Source of the DNA: Blastocatellia bacterium
Lineage (GTDB): Bacteria; Acidobacteriota; Blastocatellia; UBA7656
Length of the DNA: 64,000 nt
Assembly (NCBI GenBank): GCA_035315885.1
Contig: DATFXM010000194.1
Span: 44,825-108,824 of the forward strand
Direction of reading: 5' to 3'
Shown: in pieces, positions 39,680 through 50,383 of the stretch
Layout: every line of letters starts with the position of its first letter
Position numbering within the stretch: position 1 is the first letter of the stretch
The notes under the pieces: model-generated
Database searches by the model: none
The model's input: the letters and a program-made list of their open reading frames with translations, nothing else
Told to the model about the DNA's origin: nothing
Made by a program: the position numbers and the translations under genes

Positions 39680-40490
39680 GCTGCATTACCTCCTGACAAA
39701 GGCTCGAATATTCAACCGCCCCACTTGAACTCGGAGCAAAAGTAAAAATCGGTTCTTTGTAGGCTGGGCTCTCCTCCAGCCTCACCGACTTGCTTATCAC
39801 CGTTGTAAACACCTTGTCGCCAAAAGTTTGACGAATTTGTTCAAGAATATCTTTAGCCAGAGTCGTGCGCCGATCGTGAAGCGTTATCAGTACGCCTAGC
39901 ACTTCAAGTTTTGGATTAGGTCTCGCCTTCACCTTCTCCACCGTGTCCAGCAAATCATCCGTCCCCTCGAGCGCGAAGTATGACGGCTGGATCGGTACGA
40001 TCAGGTAGTCTGCAGCCACCAGCGCGTTCACCGTAGTCAGACCCAGCGTCGGCGGCGTATCGATGATCACGTACTCATATCGCGGAATCAGCGGCGCTAT
40101 CCGGTCCTTCAGCCTGAACGGCGCATCGAACTCCCCTACCAACTTGCTTTCGAACTTCGCCAGGCTGATCCGCGACACGATGAGGTCGAGTGCCGGAATC
40201 GATGTATGGCGAATCACGTCATCCGGAGACAGAGTTGCCTCGGTCAGCATCTCATAAACCGAGTTCTGCTCTGGATCATGTTCGACAAATGCGATGGAAC
40301 TGTTGGCTTGTGGGTCCAGGTCGATCAAGAGAACCTTCTTTCCTTGAAGCGCCAGACCCGCTGAGAGGTTGATTGCCGTGGTTGTCTTTCCGACACCGCC
40401 CTTCTGGTTAGCGATGGCGATAATCAATCCCGTAGGACCTCCCCTGCTAAAAATCCCCAGCATCCTAATTGCGATGCCGCAAAGTGTCAA
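39672..40490 (-). CDS. parA: Chromosome partitioning ATPase ParA/Soj
   Basis: [10 protein letters not shown] deviant Walker A; 8-bp overlap with parB. The true start is probably internal (MLGIFS...). Confidence 0.9.
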   Translation of the reverse strand: MTLCGIAIRMLGIFSRGGPTGLIIAIANQKGGVGKTTTAINLSAGLALQGKKVLLIDLDPQANSSIAFVEHDPEQNSVYEMLTEATLSPDDVIRHTSIPALDLIVSRISLAKFESKLVGEFDAPFRLKDRIAPLIPRYEYVIIDTPPTLGLTTVNALVAADYLIVPIQPSYFALEGTDDLLDTVEKVKARPNPKLEVLGVLITLHDRRTTLAKDILEQIRQTFGDKVFTTVISKSVRLEESPAYKEPIFTFAPSSSGAVEYSSLCQEVMQRV

Positions 40491-40662
40491 GCTATGTCGC
40501 TTTTTTTGCCCGGTTTGGTGGCTATCTCAGGGGTCAGTCGGTAGACTTTCAGACGACGCTATGCTTAAATGCACTCCTGTTGGGCCGATATACCAGAAAT
40601 CCGCCGCAGACCGAATAAACTAGGGGTTCTTTAAAGTCGTTTTTTAGAGAGGAGCATACCCG

Positions 40663-41136
40663 ATGGAAGTCGAGATGAGAATTCGAGGGCTCATGATGGA
40701 CCCTTCGGCCAACACCCCAATCATTATCCTGAAAGATGTGAACGGGGATTCGATGCTCCCGATCTGGGTCGGCGCCTTCGAGGCTAACGCCATCGCAGTT
40801 GAAATCGAGAAGCTCAGTAGTCAGCGCCCGATGACCCACGACCTGCTGAAGAATGTCATCTGGGAACTGGGCGCGGCGGTACGGCGAATAATCATCACCG
40901 ACCTCGTCGATAACACGTTCTACGCAGTCATTGAAATGGTCCGCGATAATCAGGTGATCGCTATTGATTCGAGACCCAGCGACGCGATTGCGTTAGCGCT
41001 GCGCGTCGACTGCCCTATATACGTCAACAATGAAGTCATCAAGAACTCCAGCGCGTCGGTCACTGTAGACCAGGACGAGCCATCCGATGACTGGCCCGAC
41101 GACTTCACCGAAGATGCCAGCTCGTACAAAATGTAA
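40663..41136 (+). CDS. Bifunctional nuclease (BFN/DUF151) family protein
   Basis: PIIILKD..LPIWVG..EA.AI and RPSDAIALALR blocks typical of BFN domain. Confidence 0.75.
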   Translation: MEVEMRIRGLMMDPSANTPIIILKDVNGDSMLPIWVGAFEANAIAVEIEKLSSQRPMTHDLLKNVIWELGAAVRRIIITDLVDNTFYAVIEMVRDNQVIAIDSRPSDAIALALRVDCPIYVNNEVIKNSSASVTVDQDEPSDDWPDDFTEDASSYKM

Positions 41137-41222
41137 GGCCTCGTGGGCGCAAATCCGCTTGTTTTGCCCGCCACGCCGCGAACATCGCGGCTACATGCCA
41201 ATCACACTGCCAAGGAGAATAT

Positions 41223-41654
41223 ATGGCGTCCTTCAACAGAATTACAATCGTGGGATATCTCGGTCGTGATCCCGAACTGCGCTATACGCCCGACGGCACG
41301 CCGGTCTGCAACTTCTCAGTCGCTACCACCGAACGCAAGAAGAGCCGCGCAGGCGATATGCAGGACGTTACTACGTGGTTCAGAGTCAATCTGTGGGGCA
41401 GACAAGCCGAAGTCGCGAATCAATATCTGGCGAAGGGTAAGCAGGTCTACATCGAAGGCAGGCTATCTCAAAGCGAGTATCAGGACCGCGACGGCAACAC
41501 CAGATTCAGCCTGGAAGTGCGTGGGACCGACCTTCAATTCATTGGGTCCCGCGGTGACGAGCCTCAGGGTGAATCCCGACCCGAGGGTGCTCAACGTGGT
41601 CGCGCCGCCGAGGAGCCGACAACCACCGTCACCGACGACGACGTTCCCTTCTGA
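41223..41654 (+). CDS. ssb: Single-stranded DNA-binding protein
   Basis: OB fold (NRITIVGYLGRDPELRYTP.G), Gly/Pro-rich linker, acidic tip DDDVPF. Confidence 0.92.
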   Translation: MASFNRITIVGYLGRDPELRYTPDGTPVCNFSVATTERKKSRAGDMQDVTTWFRVNLWGRQAEVANQYLAKGKQVYIEGRLSQSEYQDRDGNTRFSLEVRGTDLQFIGSRGDEPQGESRPEGAQRGRAAEEPTTTVTDDDVPF

Positions 41655-41721
41655 GTGCGGAGTCCGAAATCCGACAGAGCCCGGCTGGAAGTAAATTGAG
41701 CCGCTGAAACCGCACTCCAAC

Positions 41722-43128
41722 TCAGAGCGTGAACTTGCGCTGGAGTCCCAGCTCTTTCAGTTTGTGCTGTAAGCTTTGGCGGTGCATGCCTAGCATCTCC
41801 GCCGCGCGAGTCACGTTCCCCCCGCACCGGTCCAGACACTTGGCGATGTATTCTCGCTCAAAGATCCTTCGATCATTCTTGAAGTCCGCGGTAAACGGCG
41901 TACTCACCGAGTCGGGCGCAGCCGCCGATTGCTGTATTTGCATTGACTTAGAGGAGATTTCCTGAGGTAAATTCTCTAAAGTAATTTCCTCCCCGCTCGT
42001 CAGTACTACGGCACGTTCAATGCCGTTCCTCAGCTCTCGAACATTGCCTGGCCACGAATAGGCGAGCAGTATCCGAGCAGCTTCTTTAGAGATGGTCAGA
42101 CGAGCCAGGCCGTACACAGCGGCAAAGCGCCGGCAAAAAGCTTCGGCCAATCCCAGGATATCCGAGGATCGTTCACGCAAGGGTGGAAGCTCGAGTTTGA
42201 CTACACAGAGGCGATAGTACAGATCCTCCCGAAACTGCTGCTTCGAGATCTCGTCCTCCAGGCGTTTGTTAGTCGCGCTTATGATCCGGACTTCGGTCTT
42301 GATCGGTTGATTGGTGCCAAGCCGTTCGAGAGTCTTTTCCTCGAGAACCCGCAAGACCTTTGCCTGAGTGCCCGGGCTCATATCGCCTATCTCATCCAGA
42401 AACAGAGTCCCGCCGTTAGCCGCCTCGAACTTCCCGATGCGCCGGTTCGTCGCGCCGGTAAACGCCCCCTTCTCGTGACCGAACAGTTCGGATTCGACCA
42501 ACTCGTTCGGCATTGCCGCGCAGTTCATCGCTACAAACGGGCCATCGGAAACCTGACTGCGCCGATGAATCTCGCGAGCAACCAGTTCCTTCCCTGTTCC
42601 CGACTCGCCGGTGATCAACACGCTCACCCCGGTCAGCGCGACTTTTTCTATTATCGAATAGACCCGTTTCATCGCAGGCGACGAACCAATGAGCTCACCG
42701 AAGGAGGTTGTGCCTGCCAGCTCGTCGCGAAGGCGAGCGTTGTCGAAGCGGAGCGCGTGGGAGTCAACCGCGTTCTTGACCGTAACCCGCAGCTCGTCGA
42801 TTTCGAACGGCTTTGAGAGATAGTCGAACGCACCCTTCTTTATCGCCTCGACTGCGAGGCGCTCATTCCCGTGGGCAGTCAGGATGACGACAGACGGAGC
42901 ATTGGGTCGAGCTGCGAGCTCGGGAAGATAATCCAGTCCGGATTCTGCTGCGAGCCTGACATCCAGGACGACCGCGTCGGGTTGTAGGGTCGTCACTATG
43001 GCGTCGGCTTCGGCGATCGTTGCGGCTTCGACGAGCTGGTACTTTTCCTTCTCCAAAGCGCGGCGGATCCCGTATCGGGCCGCCGCTTCGTCGTCTACGA
43101 TGAGGACAATTGGCGCGATGGCGGTCAC
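41722..43128 (-). CDS. Sigma-54-dependent response regulator (NtrC family: REC + AAA+ + Fis HTH)
   Basis: Phospho-acceptor Asp in LDVRL; Walker A GESGTGKE; GAFTGA; C-terminal HTH. Confidence 0.9.
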   Translation of the reverse strand: MTAIAPIVLIVDDEAAARYGIRRALEKEKYQLVEAATIAEADAIVTTLQPDAVVLDVRLAAESGLDYLPELAARPNAPSVVILTAHGNERLAVEAIKKGAFDYLSKPFEIDELRVTVKNAVDSHALRFDNARLRDELAGTTSFGELIGSSPAMKRVYSIIEKVALTGVSVLITGESGTGKELVAREIHRRSQVSDGPFVAMNCAAMPNELVESELFGHEKGAFTGATNRRIGKFEAANGGTLFLDEIGDMSPGTQAKVLRVLEEKTLERLGTNQPIKTEVRIISATNKRLEDEISKQQFREDLYYRLCVVKLELPPLRERSSDILGLAEAFCRRFAAVYGLARLTISKEAARILLAYSWPGNVRELRNGIERAVVLTSGEEITLENLPQEISSKSMQIQQSAAAPDSVSTPFTADFKNDRRIFEREYIAKCLDRCGGNVTRAAEMLGMHRQSLQHKLKELGLQRKFTL

Positions 43129-43209
43129 AATGCTGGCACTCCGGCTGACATCCTCTGGAGGAGTCCGGTCTGGACTGGCGCAGGGATTGCCGGCGCCCAG
43201 GTTAACGGG

Positions 43210-43728
43210 TTAGCTTGGCCGCTTGGACGCCGGCTTGCCTTTCTGAGGGGGGCCTTTCTGATTTGCGTCCTTTGCCGCCCAGAAACCAGGAGCGTTTGTC
43301 GTTTCGAACGGATAGACCTTTCCAGTCTCAGGGTTGTACTCCCACTCAGCGGCAAGAGTGTTCTTCTGCCAGTCCTGGTAGTGAAACACAACCTTCCACC
43401 GGCCGGTCTTTTCATTTGGAAGCGGTTTCTTCTGGTACGCCTCCCAACCTATGGGCATTATGTTGTAAGCGCCCTTATCTTTCGCGTACTCGTCGGCCAT
43501 TTCCTTGATCGTCTTTGAAGATTCCTGCTCGTTCACCTCGGGCTTCATCGCTTGAACCTTCTCAATCATGGCCTTCCCATCGGGGGTTGTCTTGTTGATC
43601 TTCTCTTCGGCTGCGGCGATCTTGGGATCCTTCGACGCCGACGTCGCCGTCTTAGTGGGCGCCGGCTTATCGCCACACGCGATACTAGTAATTGCCACCG
43701 CAATCGCCAACAAAGCACACCTGACCAT
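43210..43728 (-). CDS. Secreted/lipoprotein of unknown function
   Basis: MVRCALLAIAVAITSIACG signal/lipobox-like; Lys-rich; 172 aa. Confidence 0.5.
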   Translation of the reverse strand: MVRCALLAIAVAITSIACGDKPAPTKTATSASKDPKIAAAEEKINKTTPDGKAMIEKVQAMKPEVNEQESSKTIKEMADEYAKDKGAYNIMPIGWEAYQKKPLPNEKTGRWKVVFHYQDWQKNTLAAEWEYNPETGKVYPFETTNAPGFWAAKDANQKGPPQKGKPASKRPS

Positions 43729-43768
43729 GTCTCGTCCCTCCCGCTCTAATCTGTTTATCTTTTAGTCG

Positions 43769-45115
43769 TCAGGCGACAATCGCAATCCTGATGTCCCTGA
43801 CGTTGTTGCCGGTCGGTCCGGTCACCAACAATCCGCCAGCCTCAAAGAAAAACGTGTTCGAGTCGCTTCGCTGAATGTAGACCGACGGATCGTAACCCCT
43901 GGTGGCTGCGTCCTGCATGACCTCGTGGCTCGTAACCGCACCCGCTGCGACGCTGCTGCCGTCTATTCCATCGGAACCAGCAGAGAAGAACACAGCACCG
44001 TTTAACAGGGCTTGTCCGGCCAATGGCGCCGCCGAGTATAGCACGAATTCCTGATTGCGCCCACCAGCACCAGTTCCCTTCACCGGACATACAACCTCGC
44101 CTCCTGATATCACACAAACTGGCCCGCTAGTTCTGCGCTTCAACGCCTCCACGCGTCGCGATATCTCCCGGGAAATCTCCCGGTAATCTCCTTCAACAAG
44201 ATCGAAACAAATCTCGGTGTTGAATCCTCGTTCCGCCGCGACCTCTGCAGCGGTTCCAAGAGCACTCTCATTATCTTCGAGAAGCAACGCCGTGAATCCA
44301 TTCTCAAACGTCCAATCCCCAGGACTCTCCCGAACGCCCTTGGTCAGCGAGTCGATAACTCGAGCCGGAAGTCGTTCGGTGAGTCCGTACCTGTCCAGGA
44401 TTCGATGCGGGTCTTCGGACGAGGACTGGTCTGGCAGTATCGGATTCGAAGCGAGCGTTCTCAAGTCTGCCGGATTGACATCCGAGACGAACAGCGCGAC
44501 TACTCTACTTTTGCGAGCGAGATATCCTGCTTTGCCGCCTTTGATTCTGGAGAGCTGTTTTCGAACGGCATTGATTTCGCCAATCGTGGCACCCGAACCG
44601 ACAAGCAGCCGGTTCAGCAGACTGAGGTCCTCAAGCGACAGCCCATCCGGCGACAACTGCTCCGCAAGCGCTGAACCGCCTCCGGATATTAAGAAGATCA
44701 GGAGCGTGTCTTTGGTAGACGACTCAATCGCCTCGAGAATGAGCCGCCCGGCTCGAAGACTGTTCTCGTCAGGAAGCGGATGTCCGCCGACCAGCACTTG
44801 CACGTCATCACAAAACCGCGTGTTGATAAGGCGGTCAGTGACAAGCACGCCTCTGGTGATTCTCTCCTCGAGGATCGCGCAAACGGCGGTCGCCATTCGG
44901 ATGCTTGCCTTGCCGAGGCCGATGATGACCACCTCGCTGAACTCCCGGAGGTCGATCTCTTCACCGTCTATTGAAAGGATTTCTCGATCCAGGCGGATCT
45001 TCTCTTTGATGACCCGTGACAGGTCGATTCTCTTGAGGGTTTCGAGGTAAATCTGAACGGCTTCCAGTCCCGGATCACGCAGCCGGAGTGCTGGCCAGCC
45101 GCCAACGTTGGTCAT
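43769..45115 (-). CDS. Glycerate 2-kinase (MOFRL family)
   Basis: DUF4147 and MOFRL domain pattern; 448 aa. Confidence 0.75.
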   Translation of the reverse strand: MTNVGGWPALRLRDPGLEAVQIYLETLKRIDLSRVIKEKIRLDREILSIDGEEIDLREFSEVVIIGLGKASIRMATAVCAILEERITRGVLVTDRLINTRFCDDVQVLVGGHPLPDENSLRAGRLILEAIESSTKDTLLIFLISGGGSALAEQLSPDGLSLEDLSLLNRLLVGSGATIGEINAVRKQLSRIKGGKAGYLARKSRVVALFVSDVNPADLRTLASNPILPDQSSSEDPHRILDRYGLTERLPARVIDSLTKGVRESPGDWTFENGFTALLLEDNESALGTAAEVAAERGFNTEICFDLVEGDYREISREISRRVEALKRRTSGPVCVISGGEVVCPVKGTGAGGRNQEFVLYSAAPLAGQALLNGAVFFSAGSDGIDGSSVAAGAVTSHEVMQDAATRGYDPSVYIQRSDSNTFFFEAGGLLVTGPTGNNVRDIRIAIVA

Positions 45116-47226
45116 TCGACTTCCGACGTTGCAATTCGATAGTCTTTCATCAATCTGAGCACCTGCTGCCGAATTTCATCCCATTGGATTGCGAGTTGGG
45201 CGGCCGCACGGCTTGGTGAGGTCGCTACGACGCGATCTGCTGCTCTCGCCTGCCTTGCCATTGAGAGCGTCGCCTCTCTCAGCCTCGTGGGATCGGTGAC
45301 TCGTGATGTGACCCTGGCATACAACTGGGCGCTTCTAACAAAGCCGTCGAGTGCAAACAACATTTCAATATCGGCCTCGTTGGATTTATCGCTGTTCTCT
45401 ACATCTCCAGAAGAGGGCGAGACCCTCAAGCCGGTAATTCTCTGGAACTCCGCGAAGAGGTCTTGCGCCTTCCGCAACAGGGACGCGCCTTCACCGGCAA
45501 TGATGCTGCCGCCCGTAGTCTGACGGGCTGCAGTTGTCGTCGAGTCACGGCTGCCACTCAGGCTCACAACACGATCAGCACCGGCCGAGTGAACAACCAC
45601 GCGGCGCACGTTCTCGATACCTTCACGCACCGTAAGCTCAATCCGCCCCCTTGTGAGAGCCTGGGTGACCATTCCGGTGGGCGGAATTCCTCGAGCGGAA
45701 ATCTCTAAAGTATCGCCGCTGATCGACTGTTCTCCAAACCAACGCCAGCCGCCAGTGTTGGCCTGAGTGTCGATCAATACGTAGATCGATCCGTCATCCA
45801 ACCTTTGAGCGCTGGCTCCCAAAACGCTCGCCGGGACTGAATCGCGCCTGGAGGTTGGCTCAGCGTTGCGCGGCCCTGACGTTCGGCTCGGAGTTTGAAC
45901 CGAAGGCGGCGCCGATGCGGTAGAGCGACTTGTGCCGCGACTCTCTGGGGGCTTGGCAGCCGGTCCATTTATTCCGAGACTCTTCGCGGTTGCCTCATCC
46001 AACTGTCCCGACTCAGGCAGCTTGTGCTCGCGCTGGTAAGTCTTCAGCGCCGCAGAAGTGCGCTCGCTCATGACGCCGTCAATCTTACCCTCGTAGTAAC
46101 CTTGCTCCTGCAAAGCTGCCTGGGCTCGTCGAATGCCTTCCGGCGAATTGAGAGAAACCGGTTCCGAGGAGTCCGCTGCTGCAGGTTCGGCTTCCCGGTT
46201 ATCCGCAGGCTGAGAACCAGCAGGCTGAGAATCAGCAGGCTGTGAATCAACCGACCGTGAATCGACCGGCTGCGAGTCACGAGTTCGGGAATCTCGTGGC
46301 TGAGGATCACCGGGGTATGAGTCGCGAGGCTGCGAATCCCTGGCTTGAGTATCGCGCGCATCGGCCGCCGGGTCATCTGTATCGCGGCGATTGTCTGCCG
46401 ACCGGTGATGGCCCCTGTGGGTCATCTCAGGAGGACCCGAATCCGGAGTCTGCGACGGGTAAGTCTGCGTCTGCCGAGTCTGCTGGCGACCGTAGTCGGG
46501 CGGGTCCTGGTCGCGCGCTGTCGTCGTAGATTGCTGGCCATCGACATTTGCGGCGGATACAAACAGCGGTTGTCGAAGCTGGATCCCGAACGGGGTGCCG
46601 GCCGGGACTTGAGCTTCTTCGCCTTTCGACATAAGAACGCCGGCGAGTCCAATTCCGGCCCCTACTGCGCCGCCAACTGCAGCACCCTTTGCGCCGCCGG
46701 TTATGCCGCCCAGTATCGCACCGAGCGCGCCGCTCCCTCCGACAAATACGACGGGGTTCTTCCCGCGCTCGCCGCCTACCTTGCTTTCATCGTCTATTCG
46801 ACTTCGCGTGTACGAATCCGACGAGGTCAGGCTCCCGACAACCCTCTGAGAAGAGCCGTTTGGGAAAGTTATCTGCTCAAAATCGATACCGATTGTGCCC
46901 GAGCGGTTCATCCGTTTGGCTGGCGTAACCTGAGTCACCCGACCTTCGACCTGGGTGCCGGCCGGGATGACCGTGTCGCCATTCACATAGACCGGCACCG
47001 CGACGGTTGCGGTGAACTTGTCGCCTACGCGGGCGGTTCGCGAGCTGAGACTGTTGTTCATCCGAACGCTGATAATCGTGCTCTCGGATACCGTCCAGCC
47101 GTCTGGCTGAGATCTGGAGTTTCCGTATCGGCTGCGGCTGTCCTGGGCCAGCCCAAGGGGAGCGCCCAGACAAACGACCGCAAACGTTAAGAACAGCAAA
47201 CCGATCCTGGAATTGCTTTGGAACTT
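45112..47226 (-). CDS. Secreted protein with DSQPRDS-type repeats and a peptidoglycan-binding (PG_binding_1-like) domain
   Basis: Signal peptide MKFQSNSRIGLLFLTFAVVCLGAPLGLA; repeats (RDSQPxDS xN); IRRAQAALQEQGYYEGKIDGVMSERTSAALKTYQREHKLPESGQLD. ATGA overlap with the glycerate kinase start. Confidence 0.65.
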   Translation of the reverse strand, partial: KFQSNSRIGLLFLTFAVVCLGAPLGLAQDSRSRYGNSRSQPDGWTVSESTIISVRMNNSLSSRTARVGDKFTATVAVPVYVNGDTVIPAGTQVEGRVTQVTPAKRMNRSGTIGIDFEQITFPNGSSQRVVGSLTSSDSYTRSRIDDESKVGGERGKNPVVFVGGSGALGAILGGITGGAKGAAVGGAVGAGIGLAGVLMSKGEEAQVPAGTPFGIQLRQPLFVSAANVDGQQSTTTARDQDPPDYGRQQTRQTQTYPSQTPDSGPPEMTHRGHHRSADNRRDTDDPAADARDTQARDSQPRDSYPGDPQPRDSRTRDSQPVDSRSVDSQPADSQPAGSQPADNREAEPAAADSSEPVSLNSPEGIRRAQAALQEQGYYEGKIDGVMSERTSAALKTYQREHKLPESGQLDEATAKSLGINGPAAKPPESRGTSRSTASAPPSVQTPSRTSGPRNAEPTSRRDSVPASVLGASAQRLDDGSIYVLIDTQANTGGWRWFGEQSISGDTLEISARGIPPTGMVTQALTRGRIELTVREGIENVRRVVVHSAGADRVVSLSGSRDSTTTAARQTTGGSIIAGEGASLLRKAQDLFAEFQRITGLRVSPSSGDVENSDKSNEADIEMLFALDGFVRSAQLYARVTSRVTDPTRLREATLSMARQARAADRVVATSPSRAAAQLAIQWDEIRQQVLRLMKDYRIATSEVE
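46180..46470 (-). repeat. Intragenic degenerate ~21-bp tandem repeats encoding (D/R)SQP(R/A/V)DS
   Basis: Read from the DNA (ctgagaaccagcaggctgagaatcagcaggctgtgaatc...). Confidence 0.6.
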
Positions 47227-47569
47227 CATTGAGTTGCCCCCTGATCGAGCCGGATTCCGGTAATTTGACAATCTGATTCTCAGATCCTGAGACGAACAAC
47301 CGGGGCTTCGTGTTGTCCGTAGTTTTCTACGGCCTGCATTTTCGATTCGGAATTGTATCACGCTTCGCGGGAAAAGGCTCCCGGCGCCCCCAACTACAAG
47401 AACGCCACAGATTCCCGTCAGATCCTGAAGTTCTCGCTCCAACGCCCTTTCAGCGCTCCTGTGGCGTTTGATTTTCTCTGATCTCGCTGTGTAATATCTG
47501 CGTTCGAGAACCCCTTCCGAAAGGCCTGTTGTCTAAGCGGGCCCCTCAAGCCCTGGGCACAATATCGAA

Positions 47570-47974
47570 ATGCTGATCATCCTGCTCGTTTTGGTTGCGG
47601 TATTCGTTGGGATACTGGCCGTGCACGGTTACAAACAGTGGAGGGTGCGGCTTCTGCAAAAGATACACGACAACGAGTACAACGCTGCGGTCACGATATG
47701 GGAATATGGGCGCATGGTGAAGAACGAGGTTGAAGCTGCGGTACGGGCGAGCGGCGGTGCACTTGACTTCAAGAGGCTTGCGGTGCCGCACAGCCCGGGG
47801 TACAACGTGTCGCTGGAGATGATAGGCGCTTACTTCAGGGTCTATGCAGTACCCAAGAAGTACAAACGTACGGGGACGCTGTCATTCCTGACCGACAGCA
47901 CGCTGAGCGTCAGAGCCGCCGACCGCTCAGGCCAAAACGCGACGCCGGAAGATGATGAATACCGTGGAGATTGA
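47570..47974 (+). CDS. Hypothetical membrane-anchored protein (134 aa)
   Basis: N-terminal TM MLIILLVLVAVFVGILAV. No other motifs. Confidence 0.4.
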   Translation: MLIILLVLVAVFVGILAVHGYKQWRVRLLQKIHDNEYNAAVTIWEYGRMVKNEVEAAVRASGGALDFKRLAVPHSPGYNVSLEMIGAYFRVYAVPKKYKRTGTLSFLTDSTLSVRAADRSGQNATPEDDEYRGD

Positions 47975-47976
47975 CG

Positions 47977-48296
47977 GGGGATTGGGAGATGAGGGGATGA
48001 GGGGATGAGGAGAGGCGGAGAAGGGGCGAACGGTCGACGGGGCGAACGGTCGATGGGAAGCTTCGGGAGAACTTTTGCGGTCTTTGCGAATCTTTGCGGC
48101 CTTTGCGTGAAAACCCCAACGTTGAATGTGCTCGATGGCGGGAGCAGCCAGCCGTGTTACCGCTGTTCGTCGCAGGCAAGAGTTGGCCTTTCACTCAAAG
48201 GCCGCAAAGATTCGCGAAGATCGCATCAAAGGTTTTCTCGGAATCTTTCCTGTCGCCCCTTCGCCCATTTGCCCCTTCGCTCGTTCTCCTCATCCG
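47977..48296. repeat. Hairpin element 8 (largest, ~320 bp): imperfect ~115-bp inverted arms built from (GATGAGGG)x3, (GGCGAACGGTCGAYGG)x2 and (CTTTGCG-N2-3)x4 around a ~65-nt core
   Basis: Reverse complement of 48181-48296 aligns with 47989-48114. The ends (GATGAGGAG...GCGAAGGGG and GCGAATCTTTGCGGCCTTTG) are conserved and the middle is diverged. Confidence 0.75.
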
Positions 48297-48310
48297 CTTA
48301 CTAAAGAAAA

Positions 48311-48643
48311 ATGATGGAAGACAATGAATCACTGACTGATGTTGCCAAGGTTTTTATGGCCATGCCATCGCGATTCCGAGGTGGACAGTTCGATCGCTTA
48401 ACCACCTATTGCTTCTCCATCGGCGAGGAGCGCTGGACGGTCTTAATCGACGTTGATCAATGTCAGGTTCTCCAAGGCCGAACCGTGGAAGAACCCGACT
48501 GCTTCCTCGAGACATCACCTGAAATCTTTCTCGGCACGCTGCGTGGCACATATACGCCCGGCATAGTCGATCTGGTGAGCGGGAAAGTCAAAACCAACAA
48601 CCCATTTCTTCTACAGAATTTCAGGGACAGCTTTGTAGAGTGA
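48311..48643 (+). CDS. SCP2 sterol-carrier-like domain protein
   Basis: 110 aa; C-terminal DCFLETSPEIFLGTLRGTYTPGIVDLVSGKVKTNNPFLLQNF matches the SCP2 pattern. Confidence 0.5.
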   Translation: MMEDNESLTDVAKVFMAMPSRFRGGQFDRLTTYCFSIGEERWTVLIDVDQCQVLQGRTVEEPDCFLETSPEIFLGTLRGTYTPGIVDLVSGKVKTNNPFLLQNFRDSFVE

Positions 48644-48704
48644 CCCAACACCCTGTCGATCAGCTCCCGCCGGTTGAGCCCGGTCACTCAGACAACGAAC
48701 GCGC

Positions 48705-50192
48705 ATGAAACCCGATACGGTAGCGAACAGAGCCCGCCTGGCAATACTGATCTTTGCCTTGGCCCTCGTGGTGACCGTCGGGGTGACCGTCGTCATCTTT
48801 TCGCGGACGCGCGCGCAAATCGGTTCTTCTCCAGCGATCGTCTACCTCTTCAGCTACCAGATCATCGCGCTGGTATGCGGCCTTCTATTGATCATCCTCG
48901 TGTTTCGCTGGTTGCTGCGACCCTACCGGCGCATGGTAGAGGCGGCTCGCGGCAGCCCGGTGCGTGCCTCGACCGCAAAGACCGAAAGCGAGTTTGTAGT
49001 CGAGACCTTTCAGGCGCTGGTTGATCAGCTCCAGGCCAAAGAGAAGGAGCTCGAGCGCCTCCACGCTCTGGAAAAGATGCGCGCGGAGCGTTCAGAACGA
49101 TTCAGCGAACGGTTGATTGCCAATATCCCGAGCGGGCTGGTCACCATAGATTCCGAGGGCATAGTCACCTCTGCGAATGTGCACGCCATGAAAATATTCG
49201 GTCTTGCCACGACTGCCGGGCTGCTGAGGACTGATGCCGATACTGGCCTTTTTTCTCCCGGCTCCAGTTATCAAGCCTTCTTCAAGCATTCGCCAAACGT
49301 AGCAGACCTGGTGCAAGACTGTTTGCAGACCGGGCACTACTTTCGCCGCGAGGAGGCCGAAGTTTCACTGCCCGACGGGAGAGTGCGACGTCTGGGATTG
49401 AGCCTCTCGCCAATCATCGACAGCGCTCAGACGGTGGAAGGCGCGTTATGCCTGATGACCGACATCACCGAAGTCGTCGAGCTGCGTGAACGGATGAAGC
49501 TGCAGGAGAACCTGGCCAACCTCGGCGAGATGGCGGCTGGAATAGCCCATGAGTTCAAGAATTCACTTGCGACGATTCACGGATACGCGCAGTTGCTGCA
49601 GAGTCAACTGGACTCAGGAGGCGCCGGAGATTCGCGCGCCGCGACGATAGATGCTACGTTGAACGAAGTGCGTCTGCTCGCGAGGCTGGTAACCGACTTC
49701 CTCAATTTTGCCAGGCCGCAGCAGCTCAATCTTTCTACTGTCGACATTCGCGAGCTGCTTGAGGCGTGTGCTGCCGAATTGCACTCGATGTTGGATGAGA
49801 CCGGCACTGCATTCGAGATCGATGGCGACTTTCCGGTAATCGACGCGGATGAGACCTTATTGCGACGCGCGTTCTCAAATCTCATCCGAAATGCGATTGA
49901 GGCCATCGATTCGCAGGCGTCGAAGAAGCTGGTCCAGGTGACCGGCACCATCTATTCGAGCGAGTCATCGCGGGTGGCGCATATCCGAGTCTCGGATACC
50001 GGAACCGGAATCGCGGCCGAAGACCTTCACCGGATCTTCATCCCATTCTTCACGACCAAGTCCAGAGGCTACGGCATTGGTCTCGCGTTGGTGCTGAAAA
50101 TCTTCGTAGCGCACGGCGGCGATGTGACCGTGGAAAACAGCGACTCCACCGGCACCACGTTCCGCTGCAGGCTTCCTTTCCCTCCAAAATAG
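48705..50192 (+). CDS. Sensor histidine kinase (TM, PAS-like, HisKA, HATPase_c)
   Basis: H-box HEFKNSLATIHGYAQLL; N, G1 (DTGTGI), G2 (GYGIGL) boxes. Confidence 0.85.
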   Translation: MKPDTVANRARLAILIFALALVVTVGVTVVIFSRTRAQIGSSPAIVYLFSYQIIALVCGLLLIILVFRWLLRPYRRMVEAARGSPVRASTAKTESEFVVETFQALVDQLQAKEKELERLHALEKMRAERSERFSERLIANIPSGLVTIDSEGIVTSANVHAMKIFGLATTAGLLRTDADTGLFSPGSSYQAFFKHSPNVADLVQDCLQTGHYFRREEAEVSLPDGRVRRLGLSLSPIIDSAQTVEGALCLMTDITEVVELRERMKLQENLANLGEMAAGIAHEFKNSLATIHGYAQLLQSQLDSGGAGDSRAATIDATLNEVRLLARLVTDFLNFARPQQLNLSTVDIRELLEACAAELHSMLDETGTAFEIDGDFPVIDADETLLRRAFSNLIRNAIEAIDSQASKKLVQVTGTIYSSESSRVAHIRVSDTGTGIAAEDLHRIFIPFFTTKSRGYGIGLALVLKIFVAHGGDVTVENSDSTGTTFRCRLPFPPK

Positions 50193-50383
50193 TCTGTGAA
50201 CTCCCGGTAACAGGACGTGGCGAAAGGTTACAAGGCGGTTTGATTGGATGAAGTCTTACCTCGACAAGTAGAACAAAGTTCGCTCAGTACAGAAGCTTAG
50301 CGCCTGAACGGGGTCTGGCCATCAGTTTGCTGCTTCTCACCCGACGCTTTTCATCCAGATTGCCCCTATCGGAGGCTTAGAGG

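Noticed and set aside
41143-41694. 183-aa alternative-frame ORF overlapping ssb
   Set aside because: The ssb frame gives a textbook OB-fold plus DDDVPF tail. The alternative frame is Pro/Arg/Ser-rich with no features.
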